This document shows positions 36,928 through 44,474 of a stretch of DNA of 64,000 nucleotides, in pieces. Each line of letters begins with the position of its first letter. The stretch's first letter is position 1. The notes under the pieces are model-generated. The model was not told the origin of the DNA. It did not search any database and worked only from the letters and a program-made list of their open reading frames with translations. Source of the DNA: Thermodesulfovibrionales bacterium (GTDB lineage Bacteria; Nitrospirota; Thermodesulfovibrionia; Thermodesulfovibrionales; UBA9159); NCBI GenBank assembly GCA_035622735.1, contig DASPUT010000077.1:2645-66644 (forward strand), written 5' to 3'. A program made the position numbers and the translations under genes.

Positions 36928-37329
36928 GGAGCACCTCCTCCGTCTCCTTATCGCTCCTTCATCCGTTCCATGATAGAGTCTCTCTGCAGCATGAGGCATT
37001 CTACAAGCATCTGACTCCTGGAAGGAGCACGCTGACAGCTTTGCGATCAGCTACAAAACTTATAGCAGGAAAGAGTTCTCAGTGTCAATCGGCTAATGAT
37101 CGCATAGCCTATGAAACTCCATTTCACAGTGAAATCCCGGAGGACCTTCATGGAAAGAGCCGTCAAGACGGTTGTCTGATGTCGGTATCAACTACACCGA
37201 CCATACAACACAGTTCAAGAAGATGCAACTGTGAAGATATGTGAGAATAACACGCATAATGAAGCAGATCAACGGTGCGCATTAAGACCAAAGTCCAAAA
37301 CCGAAGTCTTTTACCTGCGCTTATCGCGG

Positions 37330-38403
37330 TTACCCAATGTTTTCATTATCGCCGACTCCGGTCCTTGTCGCGGCCATGCGCTCCTTGCTGTTGTTCGCAA
37401 AGAACGTCCAGGCCCTTTCCCTTGCTTCACCCATACTACTGCTTGACTGAACCTTGGACGCCAGAGAGTGTCCGAATTTATAATTCCGGGCAAAGTAGTG
37501 GGTAAATTCCTTCAGTCTCCCCAGGCAGTATATGGGGCGATAATACGCGTCCAGAGCTTCGAGAAAGGCGGCGTACACATCCGGCAGCGAAACCGCCGGC
37601 TCCGTGATATCACCGTGGAATACAGTCCTCGCAACTTCAGCGAAGAGCCAGGGTTTTATCACCGCGCCCCGCCCGAGCATCAACCCATCGGCACCTGATA
37701 CTTTCAGGCATTGTTCCGCGTCCTCTATTGAGAAGACTCCGCCATTGGCGATAACAGGTATTTTAATGCATTCCTTTATTTCGGCTATATGTGCCCAGCG
37801 CGGTTTTCTTGCAAAGGATTCATATGTGAACCTGGCGTGCACTGAAAGCATATCAATTCCCTCACCTTCGAGCATGGAGCAGAACGTCTTCACTTTACCA
37901 CTGTCAGAGTCGTTGCCGAGGCGGATCTTCGCGCTCAAGGGCAGGATAGTGCGCTTTCTGGCCTCGGCCACGATGCGGCGGGCATCCTCCGGCTGTTCCA
38001 TCAGCATGCTACCTGCGCCGAATTTGCTGACCGCAGGTGATGGGCAGCCCATGTTCAAATCAACCGCGTCAGCCTTCAATGCGTGAAGCGCGTCAATGGC
38101 CCGGCCTATCTCTTTGTCGGTGGCAGTGAGGAGCTGATAAGAGAGCGGGCTTTCCCTTTCGGTTCTGATCAGATACGGGGAGATGCGGGGATTTTCCGTG
38201 GGCAGTCTTTTTGCCGAGAGCATTTCAGTAGACAACAGGCCGACCCCGCCAAAGCCGATCATGATCCGCCGGAGGGCGCTGTGGGTAAGACCTGCCATCG
38301 GCGCAAGGAAAAGCGGCGGATCGATCAGCAGATTGCGAATCTGCATCGCTTGCGGCGGTGTTCGCACATTCGTTTCAGCTTTCATCGACAGTAAGGGACA
38401 CAT
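37330..38403 (-). CDS. tRNA-dihydrouridine synthase (Dus family)
   Basis: PLFLAPMAGLTHSALRRI, VDLNMGCPSP (catalytic Cys), SAKIRLG and LSVHAR. The start is ambiguous among ATG 38403, 38385 and 38346. Confidence 0.85.
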   Translation of the reverse strand: MCPLLSMKAETNVRTPPQAMQIRNLLIDPPLFLAPMAGLTHSALRRIMIGFGGVGLLSTEMLSAKRLPTENPRISPYLIRTERESPLSYQLLTATDKEIGRAIDALHALKADAVDLNMGCPSPAVSKFGAGSMLMEQPEDARRIVAEARKRTILPLSAKIRLGNDSDSGKVKTFCSMLEGEGIDMLSVHARFTYESFARKPRWAHIAEIKECIKIPVIANGGVFSIEDAEQCLKVSGADGLMLGRGAVIKPWLFAEVARTVFHGDITEPAVSLPDVYAAFLEALDAYYRPIYCLGRLKEFTHYFARNYKFGHSLASKVQSSSSMGEARERAWTFFANNSKERMAATRTGVGDNENIG

Positions 38404-38531
38404 TCCCTATTTCCTTCACTCTTTCCTCAGCCTTTCCGGCAAAGCACAAAAAAAGAAGCACATTTCCCAAACGATGTGTCTTTCAGCGCTGATTCATTCC
38501 GTGGCTGCTTTGTACTGGATACATCAGATGA

Positions 38532-38822
38532 CTATTCGCTGAGATGCTTATTGACTAATTTGGTCATCTCGAACATTGAGACCTGGTTCTTCCCGTCGAA
38601 TACCGCCAAGAGATTCTCATCTGCATTGATATTTCTCTTATTCTTTGCGTCCTGGAGATTATGTTGCTTTATATACTCCCATAGCTTCTTGGTTATCTCT
38701 GTCCTTGGAAGCGGTTCATTCCCCACTATCTTAGCCAGCGCCTCGCTGGGTTTCATGGCCTTCATAAATGCCGGATTAGAGGGTCTCTTCTTTGCACCTT
38801 TCTTCTCAGTCTCTGACATCAT
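38532..38822 (-). CDS. SWIB/MDM2 domain protein
   Basis: KPSEALAKIVGNEPLPRTEITKKLWEYIKQHNLQD...NINADENLLAVFDGKNQVSMFEMTKLVNKHL is the canonical SWIB pattern. Confidence 0.8.
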   Translation of the reverse strand: MMSETEKKGAKKRPSNPAFMKAMKPSEALAKIVGNEPLPRTEITKKLWEYIKQHNLQDAKNKRNINADENLLAVFDGKNQVSMFEMTKLVNKHLSE

Positions 38823-39018
38823 TCTTCTCCTTATGGTTGCGGTTTTAGAGTCTCAGTTCCTCTTTTTCAGAACTCAGGCATCTAAAAGTATACACTAATC
38901 GCACAATTCGGCTCTTATCCAACGCTATTGATAGTTCTGCAGATTTCCGGTTGAACTATAAACAACCAGACTCGAGACGAAAGGCATTGAGTTCAGGAAG
39001 GAGCACAAATATGGCTTC

Positions 39019-39300
39019 TTATTTCGCCGCGCCGTGCAATTCCTCTTCAACCCTTTCAGACAGGAATATCTTTAAGAGCGATTGATAAGGAACATCCCGT
39101 TTATTAGCAAGTACCTTAAGATGCTCAATGAGCGATTCGGGCAGACGAATCGAGATCGTTTTGGTTGATGGTTTTAAGTGTGGAAATACTACTCGTTTTG
39201 CGGTCGAGTAGTCGACGTACTCCGTGGAATCGTGAGTAGCCCAAAACTCGGCTTCTTCTGCTTCACTCTTAAATTTGGGTATCTTCTTGAGTCTGTTCAT
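39019..39300 (-). CDS. brnA: BrnA-family antitoxin (RHH/CopG-like)
   Basis: KFKSEAEEAEFWATHDSTEYVDYS...ISIRLPESLIEHLKVLANKRDVPYQSLLKIFL. It overlaps the upstream BrnT gene by 32 nt. Confidence 0.8.
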   Translation of the reverse strand: MNRLKKIPKFKSEAEEAEFWATHDSTEYVDYSTAKRVVFPHLKPSTKTISIRLPESLIEHLKVLANKRDVPYQSLLKIFLSERVEEELHGAAK

Positions 39301-39592
39301 ATACTCTTCTCTCCTTCCGATTCATGTCACGTGCCGAAATTATCCTTATCCTGGCACGCCTCAAAGCGAAAACGACAAAAAGCAATCTCTCCGTGTCTGT
39401 CTTCCCCAGCGCGAAGCATCGATCCTCAGTTGTTGAGTGCGGCATATCTTTTCTAACAATTATCGGATCGTTAAAGAATATCTCTTCGCATTCGATATGG
39501 GAGACTCTATGTCTCTCCCAATTCTTCTTTATATTTCCCTCGTCCCATTCGAAACCTTCAACCGAAGCCCAAATGTCAGTCCAATCTTTCAT
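39269..39592 (-). CDS. brnT: BrnT-family toxin (DUF497 ribonuclease toxin)
   Basis: FEWDEGNIKKNWERHRVSHIECEEIFFNDP...RLLFVVFALRRARIRIISARDMNRKERRVYE. Confidence 0.85.
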   Translation of the reverse strand: MKDWTDIWASVEGFEWDEGNIKKNWERHRVSHIECEEIFFNDPIIVRKDMPHSTTEDRCFALGKTDTERLLFVVFALRRARIRIISARDMNRKERRVYEQTQEDTQI

Positions 39593-39809
39593 ATGCGTAT
39601 ATTACCAATATATACAAAAGAATGTATCCTGTCAATTCTTGGTGACCAATTTGCGTCCATTTACGAGCGTAACCCGCACCAGCTACCAAAGTTTAGATAT
39701 CAGGACTACAGGACTTTTTCCTCTGGATTTTACGGACTGAACCAGATGCGGTGTAGATTCTTTGTTGGAGACAAGGTTACTGCAGAGCCCAACAGGCGAC
39801 ACTCATATT

Positions 39810-40021
39810 TCACAGGCTCTCGTCATAATGGACACTGGAACCGCCGGATAACGAAACCGAATTTCCGACCACAGATCCATAGAGGCTGCTCCCTCCTGAC
39901 AAAGAAATACTGGCCCTTGGGGCAGAAATCGCACCATAGAGGGCACTGCTCCCTGAATAATTTGCCGAGGTGCAGAATTCGGGGCGTAAACGAGATTGAC
40001 CCACGCGTAAGCGCCTGCCAA
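39810..40021 (-). pseudogene. decayed 3' fragment of a gene encoding a repetitive 'LSGGSS-LYG' C-terminus
   Basis: Two frames share the signal: ...AWVNLVYAPNSA in one and YSGSSALYGAISAPRASISLSGGSSLYGSVVGNSVSLSGGSSVHYDESL-stop in the other. There is an upstream in-frame stop at 40047-40049 and no N-terminal part. Confidence 0.3.
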
Positions 40022-40121
40022 GTATCTCCCTTACAAGGCCTACCCCTCACGCGGGGAAGAAGAATTTCCAAATGTTCTAGTGTCCGCTCCTCACGCACCG
40101 AAAGTAGTACTGATTTGTCTT

Positions 40122-40673
40122 TTAGATGGTGACCACGCCATAGCCTCCACTGAAGTATGCAAGCCACGCGCGAGTTGAATCACTGGTGCTAGTTGTAGAT
40201 GACCAGTAGATACCGCCTAAAACAGCAGAATCATCGGTAAAAAGATGCCCCGCAGGAAGGTAAGGCGCACTCCCGGCATTTGGATCTATAAGCGTAGCAA
40301 GTTCCTCTATTGACGGGAGCCGCCATCCAAAACGCCCTCCCACTGATAGTATTGTGCACGATGCGATGGCATCGTCTTCCACTTTGGTTATGCCACTTGT
40401 CTGCCGTTGCCAGACCAAGCCTGTTTCTCTGTCAAGCACTGCTGCGTCGTCGAGGACCGTCAGCCATCGAGCAGCACCAAGAATCTTCTGGCTCCAAGTC
40501 GGCATTGATGCTGCAGTTTGAATTGTACCATCCGAAAAAGCGACACCACCGTTCTGCAGTAACAAGTCGCCGCCGACTTCGACCCCAGATGAAGCGTAGA
40601 CCACAGCGCCATAACTCACCAATGCAATCATAAATATAACTGCATTGCAAAATACAATATTTTTTAGGATCAT
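40122..40673 (-). CDS. DUF1566 (Lcl C-terminal domain) family secreted protein
   Basis: GGGGGGA lies before ATG 40673. N-terminal helix MILKNIVFCNAVIFMIALVSYGAVVYA. The blocks DRETGLVWQR..., GWRLPSIEELATL and YWSSTT...AWLAYFSGG are typical of DUF1566. Confidence 0.75.
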   Translation of the reverse strand: MILKNIVFCNAVIFMIALVSYGAVVYASSGVEVGGDLLLQNGGVAFSDGTIQTAASMPTWSQKILGAARWLTVLDDAAVLDRETGLVWQRQTSGITKVEDDAIASCTILSVGGRFGWRLPSIEELATLIDPNAGSAPYLPAGHLFTDDSAVLGGIYWSSTTSTSDSTRAWLAYFSGGYGVVTI

Positions 40674-41385
40674 GATTTTCCCCCCGTTTCCGTTCATAGG
40701 CTGGATGTAATTCCGCTTTGAAAGCCGCTCCTGGCAACATAATAGCATACCCAATGCACCATGTGAAGCGAAAAGAATTTTGCCGAGAGCCTCTCTTTAG
40801 TCAGCAAATACCTCGCGTCATAGCAGAGTCCAGAGAGTCTGTGGAAGCGACAAATAAATCTGCTTCCTGTTATTCACACTGTAAAGAGAGTCCTCTGCGA
40901 TGGACGGGAACTCAAGGGCGAGCCAGAAGACTTCGATCGTTTTCTTTACGGCAAATTCGCGGCCGAGACGGTTGAGAGGTACATAAGAGAACGAGGTATT
41001 CCCCAGCCACAGTTTGCATATGTTCTTCACGAGCCAGTCCTTGACCCGAAAAGGTACGGCGAAACCGTCGCAGCAAAATGGGGCATATGGGTTAAAGTCT
41101 TTGACAGTCTCGAAGATGCTCTCGAATGGCTTAGATAGCCTCTAGGCAACTCACCGCGCCATTGACAAACTCATTCATTGCGATTTCTTAGGTATCTGAT
41201 ATACTTGATTCAGGAAGAGTTTGGTTGATCGGTCGGTAGGAGATATAGGCATTTCGCAAGCCTTGGCAGCAGAGTCGTAATAATCCTTTCGACGGTCACG
41301 GCGAATAACGAAGGAGGTCTCACGAAATTCGCCTGCTGCTACCGGGCAGTGTCAGTCGTGGTTATCGTGAAGGAGGGAGGGTAAA

Positions 41386-41631
41386 ATGAGTTTTCTGTGG
41401 TTTCTCATCGTGGGTCTCGTGGCCGGTTGGTTGGCGGGGATGCTGGTCAAGGGCAGTGGCTTCGGTATTATCGGCGATCTCGTCGTCGGTGTGATCGGTG
41501 CCTTCCTTGGCGGTTGGCTTTTTAGCACCTTTGGTGCTTCAATCGGCGGCGGACTTCTAGGCAGCATCATTGTGGCGACAATCGGCGCGGTCGTGCTCCT
41601 CTTCATCGTACGTCTCGTCAAACGCGCGTAG
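41386..41631 (+). CDS. GlsB/YeaQ/YmgE-family (transglycosylase-associated) stress membrane protein
   Basis: GGAGGGAGGG lies upstream. WFLIVGLVAGWLAGMLVKGSGFGIIGDLVVGVIGAFLGGWLF is a family hallmark. Confidence 0.85.
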   Translation: MSFLWFLIVGLVAGWLAGMLVKGSGFGIIGDLVVGVIGAFLGGWLFSTFGASIGGGLLGSIIVATIGAVVLLFIVRLVKRA

Positions 41632-41877
41632 TATCGTCACAAGTCGGACAAGTGGACGCAGGGTAACCCGCGGCAACGCCAAAGAGGGGTCCGCTCATGC
41701 CTCGCTACTGGTGTTTGCTGCACCTGACTCCTCGCGTCGTTACTGTCTGCTTTTCTTGTAAATCCTCAACGATTTCAAGTTCTGATAACTACGCAGTTGT
41801 CGGTGTACTGTTTGCGCAGGACCGGAATGCGATTCATTAATTCCGTTTACATCATCTATAAACGCAATTACTGACCA

Positions 41878-42282
41878 TTACGATCCCATTTCGTCAAGGT
41901 GTTTACAGAACTTCAGGTAGGCGGAATCCTTTGCTGCTATCTTTACACCTATTAGACCATTCTTAATAGTCCTAATGACTTTCCCTTTCAGGTTTGATGT
42001 CTGCTTACCAGCTAGTTCGATATTAATGTCGAGTATTGTGTCAGGGTCAAATTGATGTTCTGTTTTTATGGACAAGCCGTTCATCGAAATATCTTGGCTT
42101 ATACCCTCATACGTTATGCCGTTTGCCGTGAACCGTATACCACAACTCACCTCATACCTTCTATAAAGTCTGTCGTCCTTTCTTCTCTCTGCCGAGCGAA
42201 GCAGGAAAAGTACAACGCTTGCACAAATTAAGGCGGTTGCCACACCTAAAGAAATCAGACTTGTCAGTGTTGCTTTAAACAT
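41878..42282 (-). CDS. membrane-anchored PilZ domain protein
   Basis: N-terminal helix LISLGVATALICASVVLFLL. PilZ motifs RLYRR (RxxxR) and DISMNG (DxSxxG). Confidence 0.8.
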   Translation of the reverse strand: MFKATLTSLISLGVATALICASVVLFLLRSAERRKDDRLYRRYEVSCGIRFTANGITYEGISQDISMNGLSIKTEHQFDPDTILDINIELAGKQTSNLKGKVIRTIKNGLIGVKIAAKDSAYLKFCKHLDEMGS

Positions 42283-42364
42283 ATTCCTTCCTTGGTCGCT
42301 TGTATTTTATTGTCATATTCTATGAAACAGTTTCTCGTTCACATTTTTAGAAACGCAAATCAAT

Positions 42365-42703
42365 TTAAGCGCCCATTTGTTTTTCGTATGATTTTGCGAT
42401 GCTCTCAATGAATCCCCTGATTCTTGCCCTCTGATCGTTATGCAGGTCAATAAACACAAGGCCTGCGCCAATGCCAGGCTGACAATTCTTTACCTGCCCT
42501 TTGACTGTTATCTTCTCTTCTCCTATCGGAAGGGTAATCTCGACAACGTCATCCTCGTCAAAATAGCGCGCCCCCGAAACATAAATACCGGCTTCACTTA
42601 TATCATAACTTGTACAGCAATGTATGCCGTCTAGCAAAATTTCCTCTCGAAAAGGAAATCTCCGGCAGTTTCTGCGTTCTGTTTTTTCTTCGTCGTCCTT
42701 CAT
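42365..42703 (-). CDS. PilZ domain protein
   Basis: RRNCRR (RxxxR) and DISEAG (DxSxxG). 112 aa, single domain. Confidence 0.8.
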   Translation of the reverse strand: MKDDEEKTERRNCRRFPFREEILLDGIHCCTSYDISEAGIYVSGARYFDEDDVVEITLPIGEEKITVKGQVKNCQPGIGAGLVFIDLHNDQRARIRGFIESIAKSYEKQMGA

Positions 42704-42710
42704 AAATTTC

Positions 42711-43094
42711 TCACTGATTATGAAAATGTCTGAGAGAAGAGGTTAACTGCTCATAGAGCAACGGTTGTTTCGTTGAATCTATTTCCTCCTTGAATTGAAT
42801 CCCCACATAATAAATATCCCTAATCTTTCTGCTATATGTGCTGATGCCGTCCACAGAAGCACTCTTCATCGATCCGTCGACCGCTATGAAATAAACATCG
42901 ATTGATAGATCTTTGCCCTCCCTCAGTGGCTGGTCAGAATAAACACCGATTCCCGCCAAAGACATGTCGGCAACCATTGCCTGAATTGAATAGGCGTCGC
43001 GCCCGCCAGCAATATTGAGTGTCGCGGTTGCCGGCAATGCAATTCTTTTATGACTGCGTATCCTATACATATGATGATTGCCGTTTATTCTCAA
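42711..43094 (-). CDS. PilZ domain protein
   Basis: RSHKR (RxxxR) and DMSLAG (DxSxxG). There is a 7-nt gap to the downstream PilZ gene. Confidence 0.75.
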   Translation of the reverse strand: MRINGNHHMYRIRSHKRIALPATATLNIAGGRDAYSIQAMVADMSLAGIGVYSDQPLREGKDLSIDVYFIAVDGSMKSASVDGISTYSRKIRDIYYVGIQFKEEIDSTKQPLLYEQLTSSLRHFHNQ

Positions 43095-43124
43095 TATGCT
43101 TTCCGGAACGCATGTTCGACAATT

Positions 43125-43553
43125 CTATCCCGTCCTCTTACTCATGTCCTTCACCTCGACTGGAGTGAAATCATCATTCATGCCTATTGAAGACGACAAA
43201 CTCTGCTCAAGTGAAGCGCGGTTAAGCAGATACCTGATAAAATGAACATAATTAGAATCCCTCTCAATGAGCTCGACTCCCATCCCAATTTTTTCTTTCT
43301 TCCCTGTCCTAAGCGCGGTCCCGGCGGGGCTTGCACAGGCTCTTTTGACCTTAACGCTAACCTTTGAAATCGCGCCATACGGTAGATAAAGTGCCATGTC
43401 GAGAATAGTATCCGGCGCCTGCGGATGGTCAGTTCTGATGAACATTCCGTGTAGCGAAAAATTGCTCGAAGTCCCAGTATAAATCATCCCGTTTGACACG
43501 AACTCAGTGTCACAGTACTTAATAAAGCGCTTATGCCTTCTTCTGTTAACCAC
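43125..43553 (-). CDS. PilZ domain protein (possibly the 3' part of an amber-interrupted gene)
   Basis: RRRHKR and NFSLHG motifs. The only available start is a GTG at 43553 with no Shine-Dalgarno sequence. The same frame continues upstream through one TAG (43569-43571) into a 54-codon ORF. Confidence 0.7.
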   Translation of the reverse strand: MVNRRRHKRFIKYCDTEFVSNGMIYTGTSSNFSLHGMFIRTDHPQAPDTILDMALYLPYGAISKVSVKVKRACASPAGTALRTGKKEKIGMGVELIERDSNYVHFIRYLLNRASLEQSLSSSIGMNDDFTPVEVKDMSKRTG

Positions 43554-43568
43554 GGTTCGTAAACACGC

Positions 43569-43733
43569 CTAGTGTTGTCTCGTCATTGGGTTTATCCCTC
43601 TATCTCTCTGCGAATATGCCTCACTTGCATTCTTCTCGTTTGAGGAGCGAAGCAGGAAAAGAACAAAGGCCCCACAAGACAAAATAGATAGCACACCCAG
43701 GCAAAGCACATTTATTATTGTCGGTTCAAACAT
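43569..43733 (-). CDS. 54-codon membrane-anchor ORF, probably the severed N-terminus of the PilZ gene downstream
   Basis: AAGGAGGA lies before ATG 43733. It encodes MFEPTIINVLCLGVLSILSCGAFVLFLLRSS..., similar to the N-terminus of the 41878-42282 PilZ protein (MFKATLTSLISLGVATALICASVVLFLLRSA). It is in frame with 43125-43553. Confidence 0.4.
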   Translation of the reverse strand: MFEPTIINVLCLGVLSILSCGAFVLFLLRSSNEKNASEAYSQRDRGINPMTRQH

Positions 43734-44263
43734 ATTGTTCCTCCTTCTTAGAGGTATAGTAGCAAGAGTTATTCCACGATTAATTATTTCCGCAATGCCC
43801 GAAAAAAAACCTAAATAACAAGATGTTACTATTAATTGTTATCGAGAGGATGACTCCTCTTTGACCGAAAATCATACGGGGTGACAAAAAAACGTACAGA
43901 TTCCAATTAACTGAATTCAGAAAGACGTTTCTGAAGGATAAGAGGTTAAAATGAAGACCATGAGTAGAACTTATGAGCCTCTTTGAGCCCATCCGCTGGC
44001 CCCGGGTGACAGACACCAAGGGGGCCGGGTGATTGAGAGTTCGTCTCGCAACCAGTTGCCAAGACTTCTTCTGCTACAAGTTCCACTTTTCAGAGTCTCG
44101 GCTTTTCATATTTCTGTTTCTTCTGTTCAGGGTGTTCTCTCTTTATCCTTGTTCACCTTAACCGAAAGATTAAGAAAACGCATGGCTGCGATAGCTTCAG
44201 TGATCGAATAATCGAGAACCAGACGTCGTGGGGCCCAATTTACAAGCAGATATGTATATAAAA

Positions 44264-44292
44264 TTGACACTTGGCTAGAGAGGTGCTATAAG
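44264..44292 (+). promoter_or_regulatory. near-consensus sigma70-type promoter (TTGACA-17 nt-TATAAG)
   Basis: TTGACA at 44264-44269, exactly 17 nt of spacer, and TATAAG at 44287-44292. The predicted transcription start is near 44300, about 175 nt upstream of the ATG at 44475. Confidence 0.55.
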
Positions 44293-44311
44293 GGAATTGA
44301 GGGGAGAGATT

Positions 44312-44392
44312 CCCGATAAAGCTAAACCCTCCGTGAGAAGGGGACGGAAAGCGTGCGGGTCTTAGAGAAGATGGCCGAGCTGCCGAAGGATT
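44312..44392 (+). promoter_or_regulatory. candidate c-di-GMP-I (GEMM-I class) riboswitch aptamer
   Basis: By-eye alignment to the Vc2/RF01051 core. Elements found: AAAGCUAAACC (44318-44328); a hairpin capped by the GNRA loop GUGA (44329-44340); GGGACGGAAAGCG (44341-44353, compare GGGACGCAAAGCC); a second helix CGG-GUCUU/AGAG/AAGAU-GG-CCG (44356-44377); and 3' AGCUGCCGAAGG (44378-44389). Confidence 0.6.
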
Positions 44393-44474
44393 CTTTACAG
44401 ACTGGTAGATGAGGTCACTTTAATAAGGGGCAAGCAAGACTAAGGCGTCCCCTTCCTATAAAGAGGAGGGCAAT

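Noticed and set aside
39437-40132. 231-aa plus-strand ORF spanning the BrnT-DUF1566 spacer.
   Set aside because: It has no ribosome-binding site, overlaps the BrnT coding region and the DUF1566 3' end in antisense, and its translation is compositionally odd with no motifs. The minus-strand remnants explain the open frames better.
43569-43571. The in-frame TAG codons here and at 50642-50644 considered as evidence of amber reassignment or pyrrolysine-type recoding.
   Set aside because: TAG is used as the ordinary terminator of several well-supported genes in the window, for example at 560-562, 8548-8550 and 14339-14341. The second case also needs a frameshift, so gene decay is the simpler explanation.
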